DNA of 64,000 nucleotides. Origin: Candidatus Altiarchaeota archaeon (GTDB lineage: Archaea; Altiarchaeota; Altiarchaeia; IMC4; QMZM01). Both the position numbers and the translations under genes were made by a program. This document shows positions 47,926-57,709 of this stretch, in pieces (the first letter of the stretch is position 1; every line of letters starts with the position of its first letter). The stretch is taken from NCBI GenBank assembly GCA_016931955.1, contig JAFGDV010000002.1:48471-112470 (forward strand). Direction: 5' to 3'. The notes under the pieces are model-generated. The model had not been told where the DNA came from. It made no database searches and saw nothing but the letters and a program-made list of their open reading frames with translations.

Positions 47926-49647
47926 CTAAAATCCAAGCAAGATAATCCTCAGTATTCCGCCGACCAGAAACGCGGTGCTTACCATGATCAATGCAGACTC
48001 TATCGTATCCCGCAACCCTAACTCCTTGAATAGAGTTGCAAAGGATGCCGCGCAAGGGAAGTACATTGTAAGCACTACGGCGGTTACGACAAACTGCTCC
48101 GGCGTCATCATGCCGCTTATCCTTGGACTGAGCAGCATTCCAACGGCAAGGTCCTTTCTCAGGAATCCAGCAAGGAGGACGACCACCACCTCCCGCGGAA
48201 GACCGAACCATGACTCAACGAGTGGTGCGAAGATTCCCCCTATCAAATCAAGGAATCCTAGGGTATAGAGCATATTCACGAGGAAGATCCCGAAGAACAG
48301 CCAGGGGATCGCATCCGCCAGAAACCACTTAACCCTTAAGAGTGTCTTCTTCAGGAGGGTTTTCAAACTTGGTCTCCGGTAGGGTGGGACCTCGAGGAAT
48401 ATTTCAGGGCATTCCCCTTGTACGAATCTGTTCATGATAAGGCCTCCTATGACGTAGACTAGTATCAGTGTAATGAATATTAGGTACAGGTACTCAACCC
48501 TGTCGCCAAGTATTGCGAAGATCATGGCAGTCTGCCCCATACACGGAACCGCTATAGCCATAAGAGTTGCCGCAATAAACCGCTGCTTTCTTGTTTCAAG
48601 AGTTCTTGTCGCGATTATCCCTGGAACGTTACAACCAAGACCCAGGAATACTGGAACGATTCCATGACCGTGCATCCCAAGGCGATGGAATATATTGTCC
48701 ATCAGGGTAGCGAGCCTCGGCAGATACCCAGAGTCCTCCAAAACAGAGAGCATGAAATAGAACGCTACGATATATGGCAGAATGACTGCGAAGGGTACGT
48801 AAAGCCCCGTAGTCAGCAGGCCAAGAGACTCCATAAAATCTATTCCCCCCCCAGATAGTTCCCCAACAAGTATATAGTGCAGGGGTGTGCCATAACCCAG
48901 CAGTAGGCTTAATTGCATAACCAGTGGCTTGTATAGTTCAAAAATCGGATCAAAGAGGATGCTCTTTAAGCCCTCCCCCACCAACGCAACCATCATGAAT
49001 GTTACGGCGAGCACTGCGAGGGCGAATGGTACACCCGTCAGTGGTCTTATGGTCGCATCCGCGATTCTCTCTCCGATGGTGTGATGCCTGTGTCTCACCA
49101 CCTGCACCTCTTTGACGATCTTGCCTATGTCCACCCATCTATCGTCGCGCGTGTGTTTTTTGACATCCGGCGACTTCGCCTCAGAGATCCTTGAAACCAG
49201 TTCCTTGATGCCTTCACCGGTCACCGCCACCGTTGGGATGACCGGGATGCGGAGTATTTCCTCCAGTTTTTCTCTGTCTATTTCGATACCTAGATGCTTG
49301 GCTTCATCCCACATGTTCAGGGCCACTATCAGAGGGATGTCCAACTCCAACAGCTCCAAGGTCAGGTAGAGATTCCTCTCCAGATTTGTTGAGTCAACGA
49401 CGTTTATGACCACGTCGGCTTCCTTTATCATCTGTGCTGTGACTTCCTCTACCTTCGACCTGGGCTCTAGGGAATAAGTTCCTGGTGTGTCTATCAGCTC
49501 GGATGTTTCTTCGCCTATGCGCATACTCCCATTCGTGTATTCCACCGTGGTCCCTGGGTAGTTGGAGACTACAACGTCTACGCCAGTCAGCCTGGAGAAC
49601 ACAACCGATTTACCCACGTTCGGGTTTCCTACTAGGAGTATCTTCAT
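47926..49647 (-). CDS. feoB: Ferrous iron transporter FeoB
   Basis: GNPNVGKS, NYPGTTV, DTPG, NMWD, LEDSGY, GLGCNVP; many TM helices. Confidence 0.95.
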   Translation of the reverse strand: MKILLVGNPNVGKSVVFSRLTGVDVVVSNYPGTTVEYTNGSMRIGEETSELIDTPGTYSLEPRSKVEEVTAQMIKEADVVINVVDSTNLERNLYLTLELLELDIPLIVALNMWDEAKHLGIEIDREKLEEILRIPVIPTVAVTGEGIKELVSRISEAKSPDVKKHTRDDRWVDIGKIVKEVQVVRHRHHTIGERIADATIRPLTGVPFALAVLAVTFMMVALVGEGLKSILFDPIFELYKPLVMQLSLLLGYGTPLHYILVGELSGGGIDFMESLGLLTTGLYVPFAVILPYIVAFYFMLSVLEDSGYLPRLATLMDNIFHRLGMHGHGIVPVFLGLGCNVPGIIATRTLETRKQRFIAATLMAIAVPCMGQTAMIFAILGDRVEYLYLIFITLILVYVIGGLIMNRFVQGECPEIFLEVPPYRRPSLKTLLKKTLLRVKWFLADAIPWLFFGIFLVNMLYTLGFLDLIGGIFAPLVESWFGLPREVVVVLLAGFLRKDLAVGMLLSPRISGMMTPEQFVVTAVVLTMYFPCAASFATLFKELGLRDTIESALIMVSTAFLVGGILRIILLGF

Positions 49648-49648
49648 C

Positions 49649-49873
49649 TTACAGCCTCTCCACAAGGACCTTCATCGCCATGCCTCTGCCTATTGTGATG
49701 GTCATGTTGTCCACCTTTATCACAATCGGCCCCCCGAGTGGTTGTATGGCCAGGGTCTCAACCACTTTGCCCTTTCTGACACCCATCGTTTCCAGATTCC
49801 TTTGGAACCCATGGCCGCCTTCGAATCCTATAATCCGCCCTCTCTCCTTTCTTCTTAGATCAGTGAGCCTCAT
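49649..49873 (-). CDS. feoA: FeoA
   Basis: L..MG.R.G..V....P.GGP.......IGRGMA pattern. Confidence 0.92.
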   Translation of the reverse strand: MRLTDLRRKERGRIIGFEGGHGFQRNLETMGVRKGKVVETLAIQPLGGPIVIKVDNMTITIGRGMAMKVLVERL

Positions 49874-50285
49874 TTTCACAGTAGCTCCTGAAATCTTCAA
49901 TCAATTTTGGGTGCTTTGACGGGTCGATAAAGTCTACGAACCTCTTCAACTGTTCAATGGTCTCTGGACTCAGCTCGTGTTCAATCCTGCATGCGTCCTT
50001 TTCGGCGGTTTTGTCTGAGACTTGGATGATCCTAAGGAGCTTTCTTATGGTGTTGTGTCTCTTCTTAACTGACTTGGCTATCTTCTCGCCTTCAGTCGTT
50101 AATGTAACCCCGCCGTATCTCTTGTAATCCACAAGGTCTTTTTCATCCAACTTCCTGAGCATCTCTGTAACGCTGGGTGAGCTGATCCCAAGTTCACTGG
50201 ATATGTCTTTTGTCCTTGCGTGCCCTTTTTTCTGTGCGATGCCCAGTATCACCTCCAGATAGTCTTCGATTGCTTGAGAGTACAT
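49860..50285 (-). CDS. DtxR/MntR-family metal-dependent regulator
   Basis: EDYLE.I, SPSVTEML.KL, RH, DACRIEH. Confidence 0.92.
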   Translation of the reverse strand: MYSQAIEDYLEVILGIAQKKGHARTKDISSELGISSPSVTEMLRKLDEKDLVDYKRYGGVTLTTEGEKIAKSVKKRHNTIRKLLRIIQVSDKTAEKDACRIEHELSPETIEQLKRFVDFIDPSKHPKLIEDFRSYCENEAH

Positions 50286-50303
50286 TTTAGGCTGACCTAA
50301 AAT
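50284..50303. promoter_or_regulatory. Putative DtxR/MntR-type operator
   Basis: Perfect inverted repeat ATTTTAGG-CTGA-CCTAAAAT overlapping the regulator's start codon. Confidence 0.7.
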
Positions 50304-50328
50304 AATAAGGTAAGTCCAATATAAAAAT

Positions 50329-51603
50329 CTAACACCTCAGCCTATCAAATAACTGCCTCAAGGTGTCCTCATCAGATTCAGTGAAAGAAAAAGGTGGCTC
50401 GACGAATTTCTTCAACGGCAACGGCACATTATCCAACCTATAGATAGTGCCACTAGACTCCATTCCAGCCACGACACCTGGGAGAACAACATCACTAAAC
50501 AATGCTGTGGGACATTGAGATACGTTAACTGATACAATAGGAATCCCCTTCATAAAGCGGACAACATCCCTCGGCATATGGGCTACCAGATCCGCCGCCA
50601 CGATAAGCATAGCATCCACCTCCCCCCTCCGCAGAAGATCGACCGTCGTATATTCCCCCGGATTGTATCTAGGATACCCCCTGCTATAGTCTACCCCAAA
50701 CGGGTAACCTGACGCTGAAGTCATTGCCTGGATGAAACCTGAAACGTTCCCATGCCCCAGATTAGGGATTATGACAAATCTTGTGAACCTGTTAAGGTCT
50801 CTCACCAACTTCATCAATCGTTCGAGGTTCCTGTATTTCCCAAGAGAGCTGGCAAGACCCAATCCGATGAAGACCGCACCGAATTCACAGTTCTTCATCA
50901 AGTCAGCCAGCTCATAGATGGTTTCTCTTCCTACACCTGCAACATCCCCTCCCACATCATTCCCCTTCAGTATCGCCATAACGGCAGACATCAGCTCATA
51001 GTCTTTGTTGGGATCCACCTGAACGTGCAGGTCAGCGATTTCTGCAGTCTTCGTCTTCCTCGGATCAACGACCACAAGCTTTCTGTCCCTTCTCCCGCCT
51101 TTCCTGAAACGACCCTCTGGGAACAGGGAATATCTGCTGAGGTGTCTCAGATGCGACTGTAGGGGATTAGCGCCCCAGAAGACAACCAGATCAGCCCTGT
51201 TCCTGACCTCTCCGAGGGTCGAGGAAGGCATGCCAGCCTCTTGGATACCCATTATCATAGGCCCCTCGCACAAAGTTGGGTGACTGTCTACAACGCCGCC
51301 CAGGTATTCTGCGATCCTTATTCCCTGACGCATGGTCTCGGTTGACGTTACAGAGCCGATGAATATGAGAGGATGCTCCGCATTCTTCAGGATTTTAGCA
51401 GCCTTATCCAGCGCCTGATCCCAATCAACGTGAACACCACCTACCAGCGGCTCCTTTATCCTGTCCTCGTTGGTGAGTTCCTGGAACCTCGCTCTTCCGA
51501 GAGCGCACGCGTTTTTTACCTTGATTTCTCCACCCACAAGCCCCACTTCTATGTCGTCACATACCGCGCCACAGACGCAGCAGACCACGTTCCTGTGTTT
51601 CAT
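50329..51603 (-). CDS. fwdB: Formylmethanofuran dehydrogenase subunit B
   Basis: CCVCGAVCDD, NACALG, TLGEVRNRAD, WGANP, GYPRYNPGE. Confidence 0.92.
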   Translation of the reverse strand: MKHRNVVCCVCGAVCDDIEVGLVGGEIKVKNACALGRARFQELTNEDRIKEPLVGGVHVDWDQALDKAAKILKNAEHPLIFIGSVTSTETMRQGIRIAEYLGGVVDSHPTLCEGPMIMGIQEAGMPSSTLGEVRNRADLVVFWGANPLQSHLRHLSRYSLFPEGRFRKGGRRDRKLVVVDPRKTKTAEIADLHVQVDPNKDYELMSAVMAILKGNDVGGDVAGVGRETIYELADLMKNCEFGAVFIGLGLASSLGKYRNLERLMKLVRDLNRFTRFVIIPNLGHGNVSGFIQAMTSASGYPFGVDYSRGYPRYNPGEYTTVDLLRRGEVDAMLIVAADLVAHMPRDVVRFMKGIPIVSVNVSQCPTALFSDVVLPGVVAGMESSGTIYRLDNVPLPLKKFVEPPFSFTESDEDTLRQLFDRLRC

Positions 51604-51965
51604 CGTCTGATCAGCTCCACTAGATCCAAGACATCCTCCTCAGTTCCCTCTACCTCAGCCCCCATGCCTTTATAGAAGGGCGAACCTGTCTCAAATGTGT
51701 TGGAGCTTATCACCGTGTTAGCCCAAGGCCCCCGAGGCATGAACACATGACCTTCCCTGATTCCTTTATCCTGTCGAGCATAGACCACGACTTCCCCACA
51801 GTCTGTGGAAACCTTTACCTTCCTTGGATCAGACAATCGCCTCAAATCAGCCGAGTTCATGAAGCAGACTGCGGCCTTTTCTTTATACTCCTCAGTCATC
51901 TTTTTGCCGCCCTTGGCCGCAATACCCTGGTCCAATGTGGATCCTGTATTCAGTACAAACTTCAT
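51600..51965 (-). CDS. fwdD: Formylmethanofuran dehydrogenase subunit D
   Basis: LNTGSTLDQG, FMPRGPWAN, GSPFYKG. Confidence 0.9.
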   Translation of the reverse strand: MKFVLNTGSTLDQGIAAKGGKKMTEEYKEKAAVCFMNSADLRRLSDPRKVKVSTDCGEVVVYARQDKGIREGHVFMPRGPWANTVISSNTFETGSPFYKGMGAEVEGTEEDVLDLVELIRR

Positions 51966-51966
51966 T

Positions 51967-52740
51967 CTAATCCCGCACATACAATCTGCCTCTGCCGCAT
52001 TCAGCCAGATCACCTTCGTACCCTATAAAAGCCCCGCTTAAACCCTTGACCCCATCAACCCTGCCCCTCTCCTTGAAGCTTGGCAGCATTTCTTTTATCC
52101 CCCCTTCAACGATTATTATTCCATCGATCATCCCGGCTCCGACGCGCAGACCAGCGTTCCCGGAGATGATGAGGACTCCGCCTTTCATTCCAACGCCTGC
52201 GAACTCGCCGGAGTCCCCTCCAACCGTTATCCTACCAGCCCCCATGTTGCCCCCAAGGTTATGGCCTGCATTGCCTTTGATCTCTATCTCTCCCTCAGTC
52301 ATCCCACAACCCCTCCCACGATAAGCCGCCCCAAAAAAGTTGCCGGCATCGCCTTCTATGGTGATCCTGCCCCCAGACATCTCCATGCCCGCCCACGAGC
52401 CAACACTTCCAGAAACCCTTATTTCTCCGCCACTCATCCTAGAACCCAGATGCATTCCAGCATCCCCTTCGATGATAACCTCGCCTGCGCTCATCCTCTC
52501 CCCTATCCTCTTCACCTTCGAGGCATCACCTCTGATTACGATCCTCAAGTCCTCAGGTTTTTCCGACGCCTCTCCTCCAACGGTGAAGTACTCCCCCAGC
52601 TTCTTTTTTTTGTTTCCAACAAAAACATCCAATGCCCTGATCTCTTTCAGTGATTTTTCGGCGAACATGTCGGGTGAGATGTTCTCTGCTTCCATCCCAA
52701 TCCCTGGAATTGCCTTGGGTTTCAGCCTTATCTCTTTCAT
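51967..52740 (-). CDS. fwdC: Formylmethanofuran dehydrogenase subunit C
   Basis: GXGXG beta-helix repeats (G..M.GG.I.I.G.AG), GDLAECGRG. Confidence 0.93.
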   Translation of the reverse strand: MKEIRLKPKAIPGIGMEAENISPDMFAEKSLKEIRALDVFVGNKKKKLGEYFTVGGEASEKPEDLRIVIRGDASKVKRIGERMSAGEVIIEGDAGMHLGSRMSGGEIRVSGSVGSWAGMEMSGGRITIEGDAGNFFGAAYRGRGCGMTEGEIEIKGNAGHNLGGNMGAGRITVGGDSGEFAGVGMKGGVLIISGNAGLRVGAGMIDGIIIVEGGIKEMLPSFKERGRVDGVKGLSGAFIGYEGDLAECGRGRLYVRD

Positions 52741-54371
52741 TTCGTATCCAGTTCAACGCCGTTTCGTATATACGCTGACTCAACTATGTAGTTTTCAGGC
52801 TCTATTGTATAGTACCTGAATCTTTCCAGGATATCCTCTTTGATGTCCTTTTCAGTCCTTGTCTTAACCCAGAAGGTTCTTCCATTGATTTCCCGAACAA
52901 CCCTCCCGTCTTTAACAACAATGTCGCCGTTCTTTATCGTATACGCTGCTGAGCTGAATGCCTCCTCGATCTTCTCTCCCTCAGTCTCCTCGGGGCTTAT
53001 GTCGTAGACCGCTAGATTGGCTTCATCGCCTATGGAGAGGGACGCTCTTAAATCAAGCCTCTTGGCCGGACCTGCTCGAGTCATCACCACAATCTCCTCC
53101 AGTGAAAGCTCCCTATCCAAGGAAGGTAGGGTTGTCCTCTCCAAAGCCCATCTATGGCATTCCCCCAGCACCTTGTCCCTATAGCGCTTGTCCATGAGCC
53201 ATGCTATTATCCTCGGATAATAGATGAACGGCGCCGCATTGGGATGGTCTGTGGTCAGGTAGACCCTCCAGGGATCCTTGACATGGAGGGCCAGTTCCAG
53301 GCCGATCGCCCACTGCACCGCGTTTACGCCAGAGCTCTTCCTGTACGTGTAAGGCGTTACACCCCCTCCTGATTCGTTTTCGACATCAGCGTTACTCCAC
53401 TTCATCCCAGTGAGCTGTGATAGATGGTATTCGAAGGGTGCGTCCGCCGTTATCGTCGTTGTTTCGCCGAAGACTACCTGCCCCATATCCACCGTAATCT
53501 CCGCTCTCCTGTTTACTTCCTTTGCGACCTTCTCCGCCTCCGAGCAGAAGTCCTTCCAAGAATCCCCACCGTATGAGCTGAATTGTGCATGCGTTATATG
53601 CATGGGTCCCATCCTCATAGATTCCAGGGTTGTTTCATAGTTCCCTGGATTCCCCAAGTTGTTCAGGTGTATGTGCAGTGGATGAGGCAGCCTTAAAGTG
53701 GCACAACCTTGGATTAAGCCGGATATTATCTCCTTGGGCGTGACATTGTAGCAAGGAACCTCATCATCCAATGAATTGATGTACTTATTCCATCCCCATG
53801 CGAAAACCCCCCCAGGGTTTACCGCCTTCACTCCATATGTTTTGGTTGCATTGAGCATGTATGAGATCCAGGAATTCAAGGACTCCTGGTCTTCCTCTGC
53901 CACGTATTCTATAACCTGGTGATTGTTCCCTAGTAGGAGGAGACCTGATTTATCCAACATCGGCGTTTCGTTGAATTCCTCATGGGTGTGCCTTGACTTC
54001 ATGGGCGGCACCGCCGGTTCATTCGCCAGTGTGTATCCCATCCTAGCGTATAGGTAACCCGTCAGATGCGTTGTAGGCAGGGAGAAGCCGCTTCCCGACC
54101 TCAGGAGGCCTGTTTTGGAGACCTCGTGTCCCATGCTGTCCTCTGGTCTTAGTAGGCGACCCATGTTCACCTTCCCCCCTGCGAAGTGGGAGTGTATGTC
54201 TACTCCAGAAGGCATCACCACCTTACCTTTTAGGTCGATCACCTTGGCTTTTCTTTCATCCATTTTCTCAACCAGCCTGCCTTCGTGGATGAACAGGTCC
54301 TTTCTTTCCCCATTCACATTGTTGAGTGGATCATAGACGATCCCATTCCTGAGGACTACATTCTTCATCAT
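52737..54371 (-). CDS. fwdA: Formylmethanofuran dehydrogenase subunit A
   Basis: GVDIHSH, KAVNPGG, HIHLNNLG, TTDHPN. Confidence 0.95.
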   Translation of the reverse strand: MMKNVVLRNGIVYDPLNNVNGERKDLFIHEGRLVEKMDERKAKVIDLKGKVVMPSGVDIHSHFAGGKVNMGRLLRPEDSMGHEVSKTGLLRSGSGFSLPTTHLTGYLYARMGYTLANEPAVPPMKSRHTHEEFNETPMLDKSGLLLLGNNHQVIEYVAEEDQESLNSWISYMLNATKTYGVKAVNPGGVFAWGWNKYINSLDDEVPCYNVTPKEIISGLIQGCATLRLPHPLHIHLNNLGNPGNYETTLESMRMGPMHITHAQFSSYGGDSWKDFCSEAEKVAKEVNRRAEITVDMGQVVFGETTTITADAPFEYHLSQLTGMKWSNADVENESGGGVTPYTYRKSSGVNAVQWAIGLELALHVKDPWRVYLTTDHPNAAPFIYYPRIIAWLMDKRYRDKVLGECHRWALERTTLPSLDRELSLEEIVVMTRAGPAKRLDLRASLSIGDEANLAVYDISPEETEGEKIEEAFSSAAYTIKNGDIVVKDGRVVREINGRTFWVKTRTEKDIKEDILERFRYYTIEPENYIVESAYIRNGVELDTK

Positions 54372-54405
54372 AATATATTGCATCTAGTATATGATATCTA
54401 CCTTA

Positions 54406-54434
54406 GTAACAAAACAAATAAAAATCTTTGTTAC
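54406..54434. promoter_or_regulatory. Putative NikR operator
   Basis: Inverted repeat GTAACAAA-N13-TTTGTTAC with A-rich spacer between divergent fwdA and nikR. Confidence 0.55.
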
Positions 54435-54446
54435 CATTAGTATAAC

Positions 54447-54872
54447 ATGGATAAAGAGAATGTTACCCGGATCGGCGTTTCATTACCGCCTAAACTGCTG
54501 GAGAAATTCGACGCCATGATTGAGGAAATGGGTTACGCCAACCGCTCTGAGGCTATTAGAGACTCCGTCAGGGAATACATCCGAAAAAACGAGGTCTTGG
54601 ACGAGAAGGGTGAAATGGCGGGCGTGGTATCCATTATATACGACCACGACGTCAGGGGTGTGAATGACCTCCTCATCGAACTACAGCACAAATACCATAA
54701 CGTCATAGAATTAACAACTCACCTGCACCTGGATGAACACCGCTGCATGGAGTTGATAATAGTGAAAGGGGACACCGGAAAGATAAAGGAGGTCAGGGAT
54801 AGGCTGACTTCAATCCGCGGAGTGACGCACTCCGATCTCCTGCTGGCTGCTGCGGTTAAAAACCAGCACTAG
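54447..54872 (+). CDS. nikR: Nickel-responsive regulator NikR
   Basis: RIGVSLP, GYANRSEAIRD, YDH, HLHLDEHRCME. Confidence 0.95.
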   Translation: MDKENVTRIGVSLPPKLLEKFDAMIEEMGYANRSEAIRDSVREYIRKNEVLDEKGEMAGVVSIIYDHDVRGVNDLLIELQHKYHNVIELTTHLHLDEHRCMELIIVKGDTGKIKEVRDRLTSIRGVTHSDLLLAAAVKNQH

Positions 54873-54908
54873 GACTTATTTATCTTTATCCAATACAATG
54901 TCTTATAC

Positions 54909-55187
54909 ATGGAGCTGTACGCAATAGTCTTTATTGCTTTAGCGATAATTGTCTACGTGATGGTTCCCGGCCTCATGATAAGCCTCGCATTATTCCCGAA
55001 GAGGAAGGACCTTGACCCGGTTGAGCGCGCCGGCGTGAGCACCATCCTTGGTTTGATCCCAACACTCCTCCTCTACTTTCTGGACAAGAATTTTTCTATG
55101 CCGATAGACTCTTACACGACCACTGCGACGTTTCTCCTAGTATCCTTTATAGGGTTCGCTGGATGGCAGTATCATAAGAGGGGATAA
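54909..55187 (+). CDS. Small three-TM membrane protein (DUF1616-like)
   Basis: PG...ALFP....LD.VER pattern; hydrophobic. Confidence 0.55.
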   Translation: MELYAIVFIALAIIVYVMVPGLMISLALFPKRKDLDPVERAGVSTILGLIPTLLLYFLDKNFSMPIDSYTTTATFLLVSFIGFAGWQYHKRG

Positions 55188-55202
55188 CCTTATCCGACTG
55201 CG

Positions 55203-56399
55203 ATGAAACCCGTGAAGATGATACGGGACCCAATTCATGGCAGCATAGCCTTGAATGAATTGGAGCTGGAACTAATAGACTCACCTCAGTTCCAGAGACT
55301 GAGGAATATCAAACAGAACGGTTTATGTTTTCTGGTCTATCCTGCGATGAATTCCACCCGCTTCGAGCACTCTTTGGGGGTGATGCACCTCGCAGGCATC
55401 CTTGCAGACCATCTCGAATTAGATGACCAAGACAGAAAACTCCTCCGGGTTGCCGGCCTGTTACACGACATAGGTCACTGCGCCTTCTCCCACACATCCG
55501 ATGACATTCTGGTGAAGATGGGTCACTCCCATGAGGAAAACGCGGTAATGCTTATATCGACGACCGAGCTGAGGGATGTAATAGAAAAACACGGCCTGGA
55601 CGGGAGGAAGGTCTCTAAGCTGATTAATGGAGAGGGTAACTTCGGCAAGATAATATCCTCTGAGATAGACGTGGACAAGATGGATTATCTCATCAGGGAT
55701 TCGTACTATGCCGGCGTCGCCTATGGTATAATCGACCTTGAGCGTATAATTCATGGGATGAGGTTGTACAACAACGAGCTGGTCATCCGCGGAAGCAGTC
55801 AGGAGGCGGTTGAGTCTCTTCTGATAAGCAGGAACATGATGTATCAGACAGTCTACCGCCACCACACTAAGAGGATCGTTGAGGCGATGTTCAAGCGCTC
55901 ATTAAGGAGGTTCCTGGACGACGAGAACATAAGCTATGAGGAATTCATCCAGATGGACGACATAGACCTCGTCTACAGGCTGCGGAACAGCAGGGGCTAC
56001 CCTAGGCAGATGATGGATAGGATAGACAATAGGAGGTTATTCAAGATATTCTACAGCGAGAAGGTCAAGAAGATCGAGGAAAACTTCAGACGCGACATAC
56101 TGGAAAAAGATGAAAAGATTGAGGAAAGGATCTCGGCAGACTTCGGGATCGAATCAGGCCATGTCTTAGTAGACATGCCCGAAACCAAGATGTCGGAATT
56201 CAGGATAAGGATAGAATCAGACGACGGCTTAAGGCACATAGACGAGGTCTCCAGTCTGGCGAAGGCACTGGAGAGGGCTGAAGAGGAGAGGATGAATTTC
56301 TGCATCTACACTCCTCCTGAAGAGATGAAGAAGATGAAGGGCTTCAACGTTGAAGACTACATAGAGTTCACCCAGAAGAGGCTCAGCAGCTTTCTGTAG
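55203..56399 (+). CDS. HD-domain phosphohydrolase (dNTPase/SAMHD1-like)
   Basis: RDPIHG, FQRLR.IKQ, RFEHSLG, LHDIGH, DVDKMDY. Confidence 0.9.
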   Translation: MKPVKMIRDPIHGSIALNELELELIDSPQFQRLRNIKQNGLCFLVYPAMNSTRFEHSLGVMHLAGILADHLELDDQDRKLLRVAGLLHDIGHCAFSHTSDDILVKMGHSHEENAVMLISTTELRDVIEKHGLDGRKVSKLINGEGNFGKIISSEIDVDKMDYLIRDSYYAGVAYGIIDLERIIHGMRLYNNELVIRGSSQEAVESLLISRNMMYQTVYRHHTKRIVEAMFKRSLRRFLDDENISYEEFIQMDDIDLVYRLRNSRGYPRQMMDRIDNRRLFKIFYSEKVKKIEENFRRDILEKDEKIEERISADFGIESGHVLVDMPETKMSEFRIRIESDDGLRHIDEVSSLAKALERAEEERMNFCIYTPPEEMKKMKGFNVEDYIEFTQKRLSSFL

Positions 56400-56400
56400 A

Positions 56401-57354
56401 CTATTCGGCTGGCATCTTTATACCTTCATTTCTCACAGGCTCCAGGAGTTCCGTCAAGGCCTCCGATACGGAGTTCTTCAAGTCCATTGGATGCAGTTTC
56501 TTTTCCAGGTATTGTTTCTCCAGCTCAGCATATGATTCGAAGGCTATGTCTCCGCCGAATTTATCCGGTCTCTTTACTTCTAAGCTATCCATCCTTGGAA
56601 ACAGCAGGTATTTGCATATTTGTAGCACTGGATTTCCTTCCGCCTCCAGTGGACAGTAGGCTTTTGCTATCTTCTCCCTTATCTGCCCTGGTTCCTCATC
56701 TACTGCTATTATGGTCTCCGGCTTCGAACTGGACATCTTACCCCCGGGGCCTTGAAGTGAAACCAGGAGGGGTGTATGAATGCAGACTGGCTTCCTGTAG
56801 CCTATCTCCGGCAAGATTTCCCTCGCCAGCATATGGATTTTTCTCTGCTCCATTCCCCCATGTGCTATGTCCACACTCAGATGTTTTATGTCCGCTATCT
56901 GCATCAGGGGATAGATCATCTGCGAAACCCTTGCGTGTTCTATGTCGCGGGCGATCTCCTGCATGCTCCGCGAAGCCCTGCTTACTGTAGTTAATAAACC
57001 CAGTGATAGAATGTCGTGTACGTATTCTTTTTCAAATTCGAAGTCTGTCCCCCTGACGTACTCTGCCTTCTTCAGGCCGAGGGCAACGAAAGAATTCTTC
57101 CAGTATTCCACCATATCATCGATCCACTTCTCTGAGCCTTTCCTGTTCAGGTAGGTGTGTACGTCAGCTAACAGGGCCTTAACCCTTAAGCCAGCATCCT
57201 GGAAGTCCACCTGCTTTGATATCGCCACCAGCGTCCCTATGTGTACTGGACCGGAGACCTCGTAGCCGCAGTATGTGACTGCCTTTTTACCAAGTGTCTG
57301 CTTCAGCTCCTCCTGGGTTATTATCTCCTCAGTGTTCCGGGTTATTAGATCCAT
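56401..57354 (-). CDS. tyrS: Tyrosyl-tRNA synthetase (archaeal type)
   Basis: HIGT, YPLMQIAD, GGMEQRKIH, KMSSS, LHPMDLK. Confidence 0.95.
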   Translation of the reverse strand: MDLITRNTEEIITQEELKQTLGKKAVTYCGYEVSGPVHIGTLVAISKQVDFQDAGLRVKALLADVHTYLNRKGSEKWIDDMVEYWKNSFVALGLKKAEYVRGTDFEFEKEYVHDILSLGLLTTVSRASRSMQEIARDIEHARVSQMIYPLMQIADIKHLSVDIAHGGMEQRKIHMLAREILPEIGYRKPVCIHTPLLVSLQGPGGKMSSSKPETIIAVDEEPGQIREKIAKAYCPLEAEGNPVLQICKYLLFPRMDSLEVKRPDKFGGDIAFESYAELEKQYLEKKLHPMDLKNSVSEALTELLEPVRNEGIKMPAE

Positions 57355-57364
57355 CGCAGACGTT

Positions 57365-57613
57365 TTAGTCCCCTTTTATCGCCTCCAGGTCACTTATTAT
57401 GTCCCAGAGCGCTGTTTTCGCATGCATTGGTATGTTTATGTCGTTCACTATCTCGTCCAGCTCGTAGACTGCCAACGTTACCCTGACCGCCTCATCCTGT
57501 TTTTCATTCTGCAGGTCGTTCAGCAGCTTCTTCAGCGTGTTTCTAACCCTGTTGGGTATCGAATAGTCCTCGGATTTTTCCTCTATCTTCTCTACTATCT
57601 CGCTGAGTTCCAT
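57365..57613 (-). CDS. UPF0147 family protein
   Basis: D.SIP.RVR, LDEIVNDINIPMHAKT.LW.IIS.LE. Confidence 0.85.
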   Translation of the reverse strand: MELSEIVEKIEEKSEDYSIPNRVRNTLKKLLNDLQNEKQDEAVRVTLAVYELDEIVNDINIPMHAKTALWDIISDLEAIKGD

Positions 57614-57709
57614 TTTAATCCCCCTCACCAGATGATTGGCATAGAATAAGCTAAGGGCTTTAATTTGTATGGATTTTACTTATTAGGAATTTAATATTAA
57701 ATAGGACAA

